Assembly (NCBI RefSeq): GCF_009914755.1
Contig: NC_060942.1
Strand: one strand, 5' to 3'
Length of the DNA: 64,000 bases
Origin: the human T2T-CHM13v2.0 reference genome, Homo sapiens
Positions 13,515-26,445 of this stretch are shown here, in pieces. Under the pieces are notes generated by a model, which worked only from the letters and a program-made list of their open reading frames with translations, was not told where the DNA came from and ran no database searches. Position 1 is the first letter of the stretch; each line of letters opens with the position of its first letter. The position numbers were made by a program, and so were the translations under genes.

Positions 13515-13630
13515 GTTCTATGGTTGAGAAATCTGAGGCCTTACGAAGGTTAAGAGAACTTTCCCCGTGTCTCACAGGTAGGTAGAGGCAGAGCTGGAAC
13601 TAGATATCTGGTCTGTTGACTCTAGCTCAG
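13515..13630. mobile_element. MIR fragment in the 3'UTR
   Basis: GAGAAATCTGAGGC...GAAGGTTAAG...GGCAGAGCTGGAACTAG core-like motif. Confidence 0.6.
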
Positions 13631-14409
13631 TGTCTTCTGGTAACTGTTGAAAATTGTCTTAGTTTGAGAGATGGCTGAAATAATGAACATAAAATGCTAT
13701 TTATAATAACAAGTATATGTGAAATTTCTTATTGTAAGACTACTACCGGCTTACTGTTGAATAGTTTGGTTATAGTGTTTAGGCTAGAAATGCCTCCCAC
13801 ATTGGTAATAAACATTACAAAATACAATGTATTTTTAGGTAGGCATTTTATAAAATGCATTATGCCATGGTTGCTTTTGAGATAGATTGTAGTCTGGGTA
13901 GCATCTTTAAAATGTATGTGGGCTTAACTGTTGTTCATATCAGGAGATGCTCTGATTGTATAGGTGAGACTCTGTTTCTGTTATTTTTAATTGCTGTATG
14001 AAATGTGATCAGATTATTTTACTACCAACAGTTATAGTTTGAAAGTCCAACTGTATTAATTGACTGATAATATGATAATATAGAGATTAAATTGTTTGTC
14101 TTCATTCCTTATATGTTTAGAAGTTTTTGCTTTGTCTGCCTGCTTACTTGTATATGTAAGCATGAGGGAAATACACTGTTGCTAATACTGAAATTACAAT
14201 CAAGTAACTAAGGCCTTGAGTTCATATGTGACACTGAATGCACTAGCTTCCTTCGTTCTATAACTAATGTACCTTAACTTCCCCCATTCTTATATTTACA
14301 AGAAGCTAAGTCATTATGTTCTGAGTGTGTGGTATGTTCCCTTAAAAAAAAATGACACTTGGAAGAAAAATGTATGAAATTCAGAAATTCCGATCAAAGA
14401 AAAGTAATT

Positions 14410-14698
14410 CTTTCTTTTTTTTTTTGAGACAGAGTCTTGCTTTGTTGCCCAGGCTGGAGGGCAGTGGTGTGATCTCACCTCACTGCAGCTTCCGCCTCCT
14501 GGGTTCAAGTGATTCTCATGGCTCAGCCGCCTGAGTAGCTGGGATTACAGGTGTGAGCCAACAAGCCCGGCTAATTTTTGTATTTTTAGTAGAGACAAGG
14601 TTTCACCATGTTGGTCAGGCTGGGCTCAAACTCCTGAATCCGCCTGCCTCGGCCTCCCAAAGTGCTGGGATTACAGGTGTGAGCTGCCGCACCCAGCC
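14410..14698 (-). mobile_element. AluS in the VAPA 3'UTR (antisense)
   Basis: T-tract plus Alu reverse complement; small internal deletion at CTCCTGA^ATCCGCC; degenerate AAGAAAA..TAAT flanks. Confidence 0.9.
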
Positions 14699-16394
14699 AA
14701 GAAAAATAATACTCTTAAATACTTAGATGTTCACCTAAAGTTGATATTATTTGGTATGGGAATTACTTTTGAACTGTAATCTTTCAGATTACACCACTTT
14801 GAAAACAAGTTTTAACAGTAGGGTAAAAATATAGTTTTTGAGGGTATTCCCAACTTGTGATCTTCTACCACTTTAGAGACATTCAAGTAATAGTTTTCTT
14901 AGAGCTTTGCACATTCCTATTCACTGAGATTTTAAAAATTTCACCTTTATTCGAGGGAAGGATCAATGCTTATTACCATTTGGAAAAACGAAGATCAGAA
15001 GGTAAATGATCTTTATTTTCTAGCTTTAAAGGGAAATTAAACCATTCATGAATAAACTTTAAAAATGTGAAGTGTCCTTTTCCTTTTCACAATACAAAAA
15101 AAATTTCAACAGATTGTGTGGTTTGTGCATTTATATCCTGTTAAGCATTAATAGCTAATCACTGGGACTTGAATTCTGATGGCAGATAGTCTCTTGCTTA
15201 GTGAGATGGAGTTAACTATTTTTTAGTAGGAAGTGAGAACAGCTGATTTTCATGCCACGTTTCATAGCCCCACTTTTGGTAGACTACCACCACGCTTCTT
15301 CGCGTAAGCAGTGGCATCTTGGGAATGAATGCCCAGCCGCTCGTGGGTTGGTGCAAAGAAGTATAAACATATATCACTAAGGAAAAAGAAAGTTTGTCTT
15401 GCCCTTCTGACACAGTGTGTGCACTTCAGGCAATTTTTGGAAAATATAAAAAATTCCAAATTCTGCCTTTCAGCAGCATCAATTGCTAGGAACATTTCAT
15501 TCATTTCCCTGTAATATTAATGTTCTTTAAGCATAATCACTAATTATAAGTTGTATCCTATTTTTTTCCAGCTTAATTTCTGTGGTTTATTGAAAACCAA
15601 GTATAAATGTGACTAAAAGCATTTTGCTTTGTTTTTATAGTTAACTTTCTTAAGGTTATGGACATTTTATAATGTAACATTTGATTGGCCTGGCCTCTTG
15701 ACAATTCCCTTCTAGTTATGCATATCCTCCTGTTGCCACATTTCTTGTTTTAAAACTCAGTTTCTTGTTTTCCAGTTGTTGCTATGTATAACACCCATCT
15801 TGAAAGAGAGTATATAGGAAGTTATTCAGATAACTTTTGTAGTAGTGATATTCAACTATAGCAGTACCTTAACTCATGATGAGCTTAGGAACATAAAAGA
15901 TAATTGTTGCTTGAATAGCACCCCCAGAGATACTGACCTAATTGGTCTGGGGTGGAGATCTGGCATGGTAGTTTTTTTCAAGCTCCAATCATCGGCCAGA
16001 CAGTTGCTTTATGTAGGTTTTTAAATGCCAAAGGCAGATATGAAGTAGATTTAATTAAGACTTGACTTCAGCAATACAGGGGAACTTAAAATACTTATTT
16101 TTCTTTAAACTGCAGGAGTCACTGTTAGGTATTGCTTAAAAAAAATTGCATAAAAGCTTTGCTTGTCAAGTTAGGATTGCTGGAATACCACTAAAGATTT
16201 TTGACTTGTGAATAAATGAGCTGTCATCGCAAAAAGGCGATTTGAGAAATGTGGGCTTCAGTATTAATTGCCATTTTGCTGACACCCAGTGTACCTACCT
16301 ACCTGAGAAATTTATTTTGTCCATCATGTATTTCTCAAAGCAAAAGGTGGTTTTCAAGTATAATGTCGTTTTCAACATGCTTATTACTTAGTTT

Positions 16395-16560
16395 TACGTC
16401 AGCTCATTTCATCATCATTGATAACTTGTGAAATACTTATCTCCATCCTATGGAATAGGGGAGACGGGTTTAGACAGGTTCAATTAGCTCAAGTCTACAC
16501 AGCTGAAGTAGCAGAGAAAGTGGGATCTAGATGGTCTGATCCTAGTGATCTACCATATGA
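16395..16560. mobile_element. MIR fragment
   Basis: Degenerate MIR core (ATCTCCATCCTATGGAATAGGGGAGAC...CACAGCTG...GCAGAG). Confidence 0.5.
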
Positions 16561-17378
16561 AGGACATAGTTTGTGTCCTGGTCCAAGTCAAATATTGACT
16601 CCTCACAAACAGTAAGTATGGCAATTTTGTGATGCCTTTGATTCCACTTTACATGGAGTACTATTATTTGTGAAATGTCTTTAAGATTTTTGGTCTTAAA
16701 TTTTTGAAGACTGCTTTCCCCCTTTATCTCCCAGAAAATTGAGAAGAAGTAAACTCCTGCCCACTAACAATCTCAGTCCGTGAACAAAACCAACATGAAC
16801 ATTCCTAAACAAGAGTGTGTGTTACTCTAAGAAGAAGGCTATAGAATTTATGGAAATGGCTTATGTAACCTACAAGACTGGAGAACAGAATGTGACTGGC
16901 CTTTTCTAATGGTCCTTTAAGATTTAATGATTAAAGCAAGAGTTTTTTATAATTGACTTTGTGGTCTAAATTCTTGATACTGTTTATAATTCTACAAAGA
17001 ACAAAAATTGTTATGTACTATAGGCACTTAAGAACCCTGAGGAAAAATAATACAATGTGTGTGTGTGAGAGAGAGAGTGAGTTACTGACATTGTTCCAAA
17101 AAAAAAAAAAAAAAAAAAAAAAATGTGGAGGGTTGAAATGGTAAGGAATTGGAATCTTTTGTATTTTCGAGCAATAAGAATTCCTATTCTTGTTTCAAAT
17201 AGAGGTTTGTTAGGAATTACAGTTGTGGGGAGCAAACTTTCTTTTTTGTGCTGTTTTAATTCAAAATGTATATCCTTAATTGTATATAATATGTAGATAA
17301 ATATATGAGGGTATTAAGCTACTTTGAATTAAATTTAAGGATATATTTCACATGAAAACAAATACAAACGAGAATCAA

Positions 17379-17420
17379 AATAAAGTTTTGCAAAGTATTT
17401 CTTTGGGTGCTTTTGTGTAC
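17379..17420 (+). terminator. Distal polyadenylation signal of VAPA
   Basis: AATAAA 17379-17384, upstream TGTA motifs, downstream U/GU-rich TTTCTTTGGGTGCTTTTGTGT. Confidence 0.8.
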
Positions 17421-18869
17421 TTTGCCATTGAGCAAATTTTATGAAGTTATTGGGATATTAAGATTTTCTTTTAAAAGTTAAATGTTTAATCAAGTAAATT
17501 ATCTCTGCAAGGGAGACATGTTCTTGTACACTGGGACTCCCATAGAATCCCTCAGCTGGAGGAGTTTCCCTATGCATGTTTTAAGAAATTATGGAGATTA
17601 TACATTCTGCAATGAAGGAAATGCCTTAAGAGCCTTAATTTTGAATTGGACCAAGTGGTTCCTTTCTAAGATAGGTGGTGAGTAGAACGGGTATTTCAGG
17701 GAGAGGAGTATATTGGCATATGTACTTAAAGGTTCCCGATGTGAACTTTAAGGTGGTAGAAATTTGTGTTCATTGTTATAACATTTGCATCACAAGGTGA
17801 TGGGGGGAGATAACAGCTACAATAGTATTTGCATTGAGTAGTTAACAAGCCTGTCACATCTATGCATTTGAGGAAGTAGTGCAAATGTTTTCAGCAAATA
17901 ATGTTTAAACTGCTTAAATATGTAAATAGTTATTTCCATCCAATACTTTGATGTCTAACTCCAAGACAGTACTTTGGAGATACCAATAGCAAATGAAGTT
18001 TTACATTTTCATAACGTGTTTCCCATACCACAGTAGTATGGAGATGAGGTGGCTTTAGAATAGTGTTTCCTTTTCCCTTTGCTTTGATTTTTTTCCTTAC
18101 GAAGTTTCCCCAGCTTTGACACATTATTTTTCCGTATTTGGTTTAGAGCCTAGATATGATTAAAGCCACCTTTATGCCCTTCCCTGTCCACATTTTCGTC
18201 TGTCAAACCACGAACCTGAAATTTTTGTCCTTCTTTTGTTTCAATGTTTTGCTGCCTGTGTATGTAATTATATAATCAGTTTTATAGTGTATTTTGCATG
18301 TTTTAAAATGCCACGTAGCTGTGTATCTTAGATGATTATTTGTCTAGCTTTACCTTCACCTAACATTTTTTACACCCCCAAACTTCCACCTAATTCCCTT
18401 GGGGTTTCTCATGCGTTTCATGTACTAATATATTGTTTTCTCCTTTGAGTAGCAGCTTGGACCCATTGTAGTGACTTTCCGTTGCTGCCAGGGCTAGAAC
18501 TGAAATTAGCACACCAGTCTCTAGCAAAGGCTGCTGAAGCCTATTGATGATTGCAGCAATGCTGCCACTGCCTGATGTTAGCACAGAGTCTGTTGATCGG
18601 TCTGGCACAGATGTAGTTGACATCACTGAAAATCTCAGCTCTTTCCTGAATCTCTTGTGGTTTGTTCTAGGACTCAGACATCAAGTCTGGCCAGAAGACA
18701 GTTGTTGAGACAAATGTTGCCCTAAAAGCCACTTGCTACATGTGACTGTACATAGTAACACATAATTTTAGAAGGAAAACGAGTCTAGGGGAAGAGAGAT
18801 GAGGTGCTTTAAGCACATATGTGGAATCTTCAGGCTGCTTGCACATCCACACTGTTTCTGCATGCGCTG

Positions 18870-18873
<4 letters not shown>

Positions 18874-18903
<30 letters not shown>
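18874..18903. repeat. (GT)n microsatellite
   Basis: About 15 perfect GT units. Confidence 0.95.
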
Positions 18904-18907
<4 letters not shown>

Positions 18908-19384
18908 GGAGAAATGGCACAAAGTCTGGCATTTTTTTTGAAAATTCAAGATTTGGAACAAAGGTCTTGCATTACCACATGGCAACAATTTTCTGGAGCC
19001 AAGTAGCAGTTTCCCCTGTAATTCCCATCACTTGTTTTATACTCCGTTTTACTTGTTACCTGCATGATCAGTGTATTCAGCTGAATTTGTGACCCCTGAT
19101 TTAGACACTAATCATGTATTATAAATACTGAGTACTTCTATATTGGGTACAGGTTGGAGTGGGGGGTGTAGGGTAAGATTATACCAGATTGAAATATTGG
19201 GATATGGGCTGGATCCTGTTGTCAGGAGGCAAAACTAGTTAAGCACTTGTACCTGGTCAACAGATAATTGGGCCCAGAATGTCCAAAACATTGTAAACTG
19301 AAATAGGCTAAAGTTTGAAGAGCAGTAACTGTAGAGTACCTATTATATGTCAAGTACTTTACATATATTTTATTCTCAGAATAA

Positions 19385-19694
<310 letters not shown>

Positions 19695-20189
19695 ACCTTT
19701 CAGACTTTTGAAAAACACAGATGAGAAGCACTTGGAGAAATTCACTGTCCAAACTTAACGGTCTTGGACAAGTCTGGGCCCTTCATCATACCATGCTGCC
19801 TTTAGGGAAAAAAGGGGGTGGGAATGACGGTGAAATTGATCTAATGATGTTTAATTCAATAAAAACGAGAACTTACTTTGGTCTCAGTCACTTTTGAGAG
19901 TATAAAATAATTTTTTTTTTCTGGTTTTGAAAATCTCAACATCAAAGAATAATATGCCTAAAACTTAATTACCTAATACACCGTACTAGTGGCTAGAAGT
20001 TGGCATGTGGCTGCAATATGGTTTCAGAATACAAGCTTTTTGAAATTCAGGCTCTTCATAGCCCACCTGTCAGCAAGTTAACCTAGATTTTTAGCTACGT
20101 CAATGGCCTTTAGCGTTATAGTTCCAAATATTAAGCATGAGAGAACCTTGGCAGGAAAGCATTTCAAAGTGGTATGAGTCTGGATGCTG

Positions 20190-20400
20190 AAATGGGATTG
20201 TGGGTTATAATTCCGGCTCTGTCAGTTTACTAGTTGTGACCTTGGGCAGTTTTATTTCTCTCTTGTCCCAGCTTCCTCTGTAAACAGGGTAATAACTATG
20301 CCTGTTCATTGGATGTGGAGGGGATTAAAGAAGTACAGCTCTTAGATCAGAACTTGGCACAAAGCAGATGCTCAAGAAATGGTAGCAGTTATCGTATATG
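20190..20400. mobile_element. MIR
   Basis: TTCCGGCTCTG...TAGTTGTGACCTTGGGCAG...CTTCCTCTGTAAA core. Confidence 0.7.
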
Positions 20401-21214
20401 TCCATATGAAGTGGAAAATTGGGAAGCTGTCTGATTATTTGGGTTAAAAATTAATATATCTGGACAATGGGTATTTGGCTTGAAGTTTTATTTTTGAAGT
20501 CATTAACCAGGTCCGCAGCTGCAGGCATTATCTGTGTTAGGCAACAGCCTTTTATTGAATGCTGGTAGAGGGGCAGCAGGACAAACAGTGTGGGTTTTGG
20601 AGGATAGACAGACTTGAATTTGGATCTCAACTCTGCCATTGGCTAGAGACGAACCCTGGAACAACTATGGAACCTCTTTGAGGCGTAGCCTCCTCATCAA
20701 GGACACCGTCTGATTTTTACACTCCTCTTTTGTAACTTTGTAAGGTTGTGGTGAAGACTGCAAGATATTTTAAAAATTACGTTTTTACTCTGTTCTTCAA
20801 TCATATTGAACATGATATTGGGATAATTAAAATTTTTTAAATTTAATGGTAAATTTTAAAGCTTAATGGTAATGAATACTCTTGAGTTAGAAAATGTAAA
20901 AATACTGTAAGGGTGGAGGCATTCTTGTAGGTGAGCAACCTGTGAGTGTTAAGAATGATGCATTTCTTTGTTGGTTCTTTTTTTCTGCGTATGAAGGTAA
21001 CACTAGTGGATTATAGAGGTTTGGAAATGATAGAAAAGTATATAGTAGAAAAAAGTTCCAATATCTCACTTCCCAGAGATAACTTTTTAACAGCCTTTTT
21101 AATGCCTAGGAGCATAGCAGAGATTTTATATATATGTATACAATTAGTATAAATATTAATTTATACTAATAAATAAAAATCAACATGGTTAATTGATTTA
21201 ACAAAATTAAAATT

Positions 21215-22080
21215 CATTTTTTACCTGGAAATAATTTTTGAAATTGTTGTAAGAAAAGGTGTAAGAATAGTAGACACCCATTCTGCCTCACTGCTTTATT
21301 GTTGATGCTTCCTCCTTGCCCCCTCCACATTATAAGTACATATACATTATATGTGCATACATGCATGTTCATATATACATATGCATGCATTCATGTACAT
21401 GTATACATGTACACACATGTACACATTCACATGTGCATATATACCTATACACACATATACCCACATTTTCTCAAAACCATCCAAGAGTAAGTTGCATATA
21501 TCATATTGCATGCTACTGGGGAGGCTGAGGTGGGAAAATTGCTGAGCCCAGGAGTTTGAATTAAGATTGCACCACGGCACTCCAGCCGGGCAACAATGAC
21601 ACCCTGTCTCCATCAATCAAAGACATGCATATATTATCCCTAACTATGTCAGTGTGTATTTCCTAAGGTAAGGTTCCCTTACATGACCACAGTACAGTTG
21701 TGAACTTCAGCAAATTGAACATTGATACAGTTTTTTCCCCCAAATCTACTGTCCGTATCCAAATTGACTAAATAATGTCATTTATGGCATATTTCCCCCT
21801 CCAGTACAAGGGTTGGTCTGGGGTCACATGTTGTATTTAGTTGTCAAATCTCTTTAGTTTCCTTGAATCTGAAATAGTTCCTCAGCCTTTCTTTGTCTTT
21901 TATTACATTGATGTTTTGAAGAATGCAGTCCCTGCCTCCTCCTTTGGGCTTTCTTTGATGTTTCCTCAGTAGACTCAAGTAATAGATTCTTAGCCTGATT
22001 GCTACAGAAGTGGCACCATGTCCTCCTCAGGGTATCATGTCCACTGGCACATGAGGTTCCCCTGCCCCTCATTTGTGAAT
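21215..22080 (-). mobile_element. L1MC-like 3' fragment interrupted by TA/CA low-complexity DNA and an Alu monomer (~21512-21612)
   Basis: CATGACCACAGTACAGTT...TTTAGTTGTCA...CTCTTTAGTTTCCTT L1MC motifs; GGGAGGCTGAGGTGGGA...TGAGCCCAGGAG monomer. Confidence 0.6.
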
Positions 22081-23472
22081 GAAGACCCAGCTGAGGGCTG
22101 GGAAAGAGGAGGACTCACGCTGAGGTGAAGACTTGAATCAGATGGCCTGGCTTTGAATTCTGGCTTTGCCTTGTAATCTTGGGCATGCTTTCAACGTTGC
22201 TGTCTCAGGTTCTGCATCTGTAAAAAGGGGATTTAAGAAAGTGTACTGATACACACCTCATAAGGTTGTTATTCGATTAAATATACCTAGAGTGTTGAAA
22301 ATAATTACTGGCACAAAGTTAACACCATATGAGTGCTAGCCATCATTATTGACACTGATTCTCTCTACAATATAATCATTACCATTCTTTTTGAAAAATT
22401 AATAGTCTGAAGTGCTGAAATGCCAAGTGCGTTGTTTAAGCTCATACAGGTAGGATACCAAGTCTCATGAAGCTAAATACTGTGCTGTCCTGTTCATATT
22501 TTTATTTGATTTTTGCAAGATCCATTGTAAGCACACCTAATTTCTATGGGATAGGTCAGAAAGACCCCAGGAGAGTGTCTTCTTGTGTTATGGTGGGAAA
22601 GCCTCTGGGAGGTAAGTTGGGAGCTGCTCTCCGCCTCGTCTGCCTAGAGAAGTGTATGCTGTGGAGGTGGCTCTGTGCCATGGAGAAATGGAGCAGAATT
22701 TACTCCTGTAGTGTTCAGCTATCACCAGGCAAAACATTAATTTTATTTGGATAAATCAGAACATCTGTGGATATTTGGAGCTTTTTAATGTAAAAATAGT
22801 GCTAATTTTTACATTTTCAAATAGACTCTCAGGCATTATGATAAAATTTGAAGTTTCTTTTTATATAGGTGATTTTCAAGTGTGCTTGCACAGAACTGTG
22901 ACACCTGGGGACCTGCATATTCCTTTCTTCTTTTCCATTTTTTGATGAGACTTCCTTTCTGCACATTAGAACAGGTAAAAGGAACATGGTGTCAAAAGCA
23001 GCCTAATTTCACTCTTCTCATTTGCTCAGACACAACTGATCTAGATTTCTAACAATGCCAGTTGCCTTATTTTGGGAAACAATTTGGAGTTAACAGGGAT
23101 TGTATTCCATTGATTTGCTAGGGGGAGACCCCAGCAATGTGGAAACCATTCTAAAATGTGAGGAATATGTATTAGCGGTATGTAAGTGACTGTCCACAAG
23201 AGGTAGTAAGGAATTGCAGGAATGCTACCTGCTTATGAATGTTTTCTCACCAGGCTACAAGGACAGCTGTTCCCCTGCCTGGCTTGACTCCCCTCTCTAG
23301 AGCAAGTCATGAATGGGTTAGGACAGTCAGGGTGGGCAGAATAAAAAGGAGAACAGCAAGCTGTGCTTAAGTGGAGAACCAAGCAAGAAAAGATGGATCT
23401 AGATGTTTGTTTTTGCAACTGGACTTCATTTTTTTGTATTATATTCTGATTTCCTTCTGGGCAGTGGTATTA

Positions 23473-24521
23473 CAGCAGTCCCCCCCCCACCCCCTTATCT
23501 GTGGTTTCACTTCCTGTGGTTTCTGTTATCTGTGGTCAACTGTTATCTGAAAATATTAAGTGGAAAATTCCAGAAATTATAAGCTTTAAATTGCATGCCT
23601 TTCTGAGTAACATGATGAAATCTCATGCCTTCCCACTGCGTCCCACTGGGGACCTGAATCCTTCCTTTCTCCAGTGGAATCATGCTGGATGCTCCCCACC
23701 TGAGTCGTTGACATGGTCTGCTCCTGACACCCAACCATCAGCATCGTCATGGCTCGATGATCCAGGATTACCTGGAGTGAGTGATCCTCCGATCTGTCAT
23801 CAGAGGGTCAACAGCAGCCTCATGCTGCATCACCTCACTTCCTGTCGTAGGCCTGCTCCTCTCACATCTTCACCAGAAGAAGGCTGATGCAGATGACCGC
23901 GGCTTATGACACTTTAACTTGGGATTTGACTGTAAGGTGATGCAAAGGTGATCTGCACTCAGGAAAACCCATACTTCCAGTACCATTCAACATTGTTTTC
24001 CACTACAGCACAGCATTCAGTAAATTACACGAGACATTTGACACTTCATAATGAAGTGGGCTTTGTGTTAGAGGACTTTGCTCAACTGTAGGCTAATGTA
24101 AGTGTTCTGAGCACGTTTCGGGTAGGCCAGGCTAAGCCATGATGTTTGGTAGATGAGGTGTATTAAGTGTATTTTTGATATGCAGTATTTTAATGTGTGA
24201 TGGGTTTATTGGGACATAAGCCATTGTAGGTTGAGCAGCATATGTACAGTACAGTGAGATATTTTGAGAAAGAGTGTGAGCATGCACCTTCACATAACTG
24301 GTATTACAGTATATTGTTATAATTGTTCTCTTTTATTAGTTATTGTTGATCTTATTGTCCCTAATTTATACATTAAACTTTATGTTTATGTATAAATTTC
24401 CTATTCATAAGTATGTATGAATAGGAAAAATGTGTATACAGGGTTTGGTAGTACCTCTGGTTTCAGGCATCCACTGGGGGTCTTGGAATGTATCCCCTGA
24501 GTATAAGCGGGGGGACTACTG
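23473..24521. mobile_element. MER44 (Tigger7 derivative), interrupted by MER47A
   Basis: TA|CAGCAGTCCCCCC...GGGGGACTACTG|TA terminal inverted repeats; GGCATCCACTGGGGGTCTTGGAA motif. Confidence 0.8.
23890..24244 (-). mobile_element. MER47A (Tigger family) nested in MER44
   Basis: CAACTGTAGGCTAATGTAAGTGTTCTGAGCACGTT matches the MER47A reverse complement. Confidence 0.8.
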
Positions 24522-24524
24522 TAG

Positions 24525-24945
24525 TTGTCTGTTGTGACTGTACAAGGTTACCACAAATTTAGTGACAAAAACCAACACAAATTTATCCTAAAGTCCCTCT
24601 CCTTTATCTAAATTAAAATATCAGCTGGGCTCCAGGGCAGACTCCATTCCTGGCCTTTTCCATCATCGAGGGGCCACCCACATTCCTTGGCTTGTGTGGC
24701 CCCTCCTGCGGTCACATGACACCAACCTCTGCTTCCACCATCTCTTCTCCTTCTGTGACCCTCCTGCCTTCCTGTTACAGGTACCCCTGCGATGACACTG
24801 GGCCCACCTGGCTGATCCAGGGCCATCTCTCCATCTCAAGAGCCTTCACTTAATCACAGCCAAAGTCCCTTCATGGAAGGTTACATATTCAGGGATTCTG
24901 GGGGTTAGGATGTGAACATGTTCCGGGGCATCATTTCCCCCACTC
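24525..24945 (-). mobile_element. MaLR LTR, MLT1 (MLT1C-like)
   Basis: TTACCACAAATTTAGTG...CATTCCTTGGCT...CACTGGGCCCACCTGG...GGGGGTTAGGA. Confidence 0.75.
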
Positions 24946-25459
24946 CCTCAGTCGGTGCTCTTCAGCCTGGGCCAGGTCTCTGGCAACTGGGAAAGTAGAA
25001 GGTCTGTATCCGAGCCAGTCAGTACATCCCAGTGCTTCAGAGACCACGGAGAGACCCAGTCAGAGCCAATGAAACCTTAGCCTTTCAACGGATCTCCGTT
25101 TCCTTTGGTCTTATCGTCCCCTTCAGCCCCTTTCAGGTTAGTTCAGGCTCTTTTTCATATTCAGTTCAAAGTTTGTTATCGACACTGCGCTTGTCTGAAA
25201 GATTTGGATTTCACTGGTGCTTCTGGTCCTCTGGGTCTCCGCAGCGCCCGCATCCTGTTCCTGCTCCAGCGTCCCCTCACCCCCACCATCGCACTCCCCC
25301 TAGGGCAGGGCCGGTGCTCCCCAAATCAGGGGTACTTCCTGAGTCGCGGGTGGGAACTTGTGACCCTTCCCTATCACAGATCGGTGAGGGTGACTCTCGG
25401 CTCTCCCGGGCTCTCTTTCTTCGTAACCACAGAGCGCCGGCTTTCCATCTGTCCCCTCG

Positions 25460-26445
25460 CCCCTCTTCCCTGCTCCCAGCCCAGATATGTCCTCGAATTA
25501 TAGACTTACATCCCCAACGACTTTGGCCATGTGTCCGATACCTCGGACTTAATATGTCCAGAACTGAATCCAGTCTCCCTCACACCCAGGCTTGCTCCAT
25601 GCAGGCCTCCCCCATCCGCATTCTTTCCTTCACTCAAACCTCGGAGTCATCCTTGCTTGGAGCATTCCCTTCCTTCCCATGCCACAGCACAGCCCGTCTT
25701 GTCAACGCTGCTGCTGGCTCTACTTTCAAAACACACCCAGAACCCAGCTGCTTCTTGCCACTTCCATGTTTTGTCCCCTCTATTTCCTTCATTTCCTCGA
25801 CAGTCTCAGCAGGTCTCCCAGGCGCCCCCGTGTCCCCTCAGCCTGTCTTAGAGCAGGAACCAGAGCGGTCCTGTTAAACACAGGTCGGAGGGGTGTTTTC
25901 CTGTGCTCAGACTCTCCAAGCCGTCCCCCTTCACCGTGAGTAAGAGTGGGGAGCTGGCACTGGCCCGCAGGACTCCAGCGTCCCTGCCCTGACCCCGCTT
26001 CCCCCTCTAGCCCCATTCCTTCTCCCTCCACTCGCCCCACGTCGTTCTGCCGTCACGCTGGTCTCTGGATATTCACGGAGCATTCGCACATTCCAGTCCC
26101 GGAGCCTATACCCGCTGTGGCCTCTGCCCCAGTGCTGTCCTCTGTGTGTCCGCGGGGCTCACTCCTCAGCTCTCCCAGCCTTCACTTAGGTCACCTTCTC
26201 CGTGAGGCCTTCCTGGGTCTCTCCAACTGAACAATGGCACCCGTCCCTTCACACTCTGGCCCCTCGCTCGGGCTCCCCTCACCCCCATGGAATGTGCCAT
26301 ACCTGTCTTCATTTCTCTTGCGGTCTGCTCCTCCACCAGAACGCAAGCTCCCTAAGAGCAGCGCTTTCAGACGTTTTGTTCACTGCTGCCTCCCCAGTGC
26401 CTGTTAACGGCCTGGCATACAGTTAGGTGCTCAGTAAGTCTTTTT
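25460..26445 (+). mobile_element. L2 (L2a-like) 3' portion
   Basis: AAACCTCGGAGTCATCCTTG; GTCACCTTCTCCGTGAGGCCTTCCTG; TTTTGTTCACTGCTG...CCTGGCATACAGTTAGGTGCTCAGTAAG 3' terminus. Confidence 0.7.

Larger units (their letters stand above)
11588..17397 (+). other. VAPA: VAPA long 3'UTR (~5.8 kb)
   Basis: AT-rich sequence after the stop codon, ending at a strong distal poly(A) signal; VAPA is known to have a long 3'UTR. Confidence 0.8.

Noticed and set aside
17098-17123. A26 run as a transcript end or retrocopy tail
   Set aside because: Genomic homopolymer with no properly placed upstream signal or TSD; likely source of oligo-dT internal priming
25032-25877. 281-aa ORF and neighbouring 100-190 aa ORFs
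   Set aside because: Non-ATG start, overlaps an L2 remnant in GC-rich DNA where stops are rare, no domain similarity, and ORFs overlap in several frames
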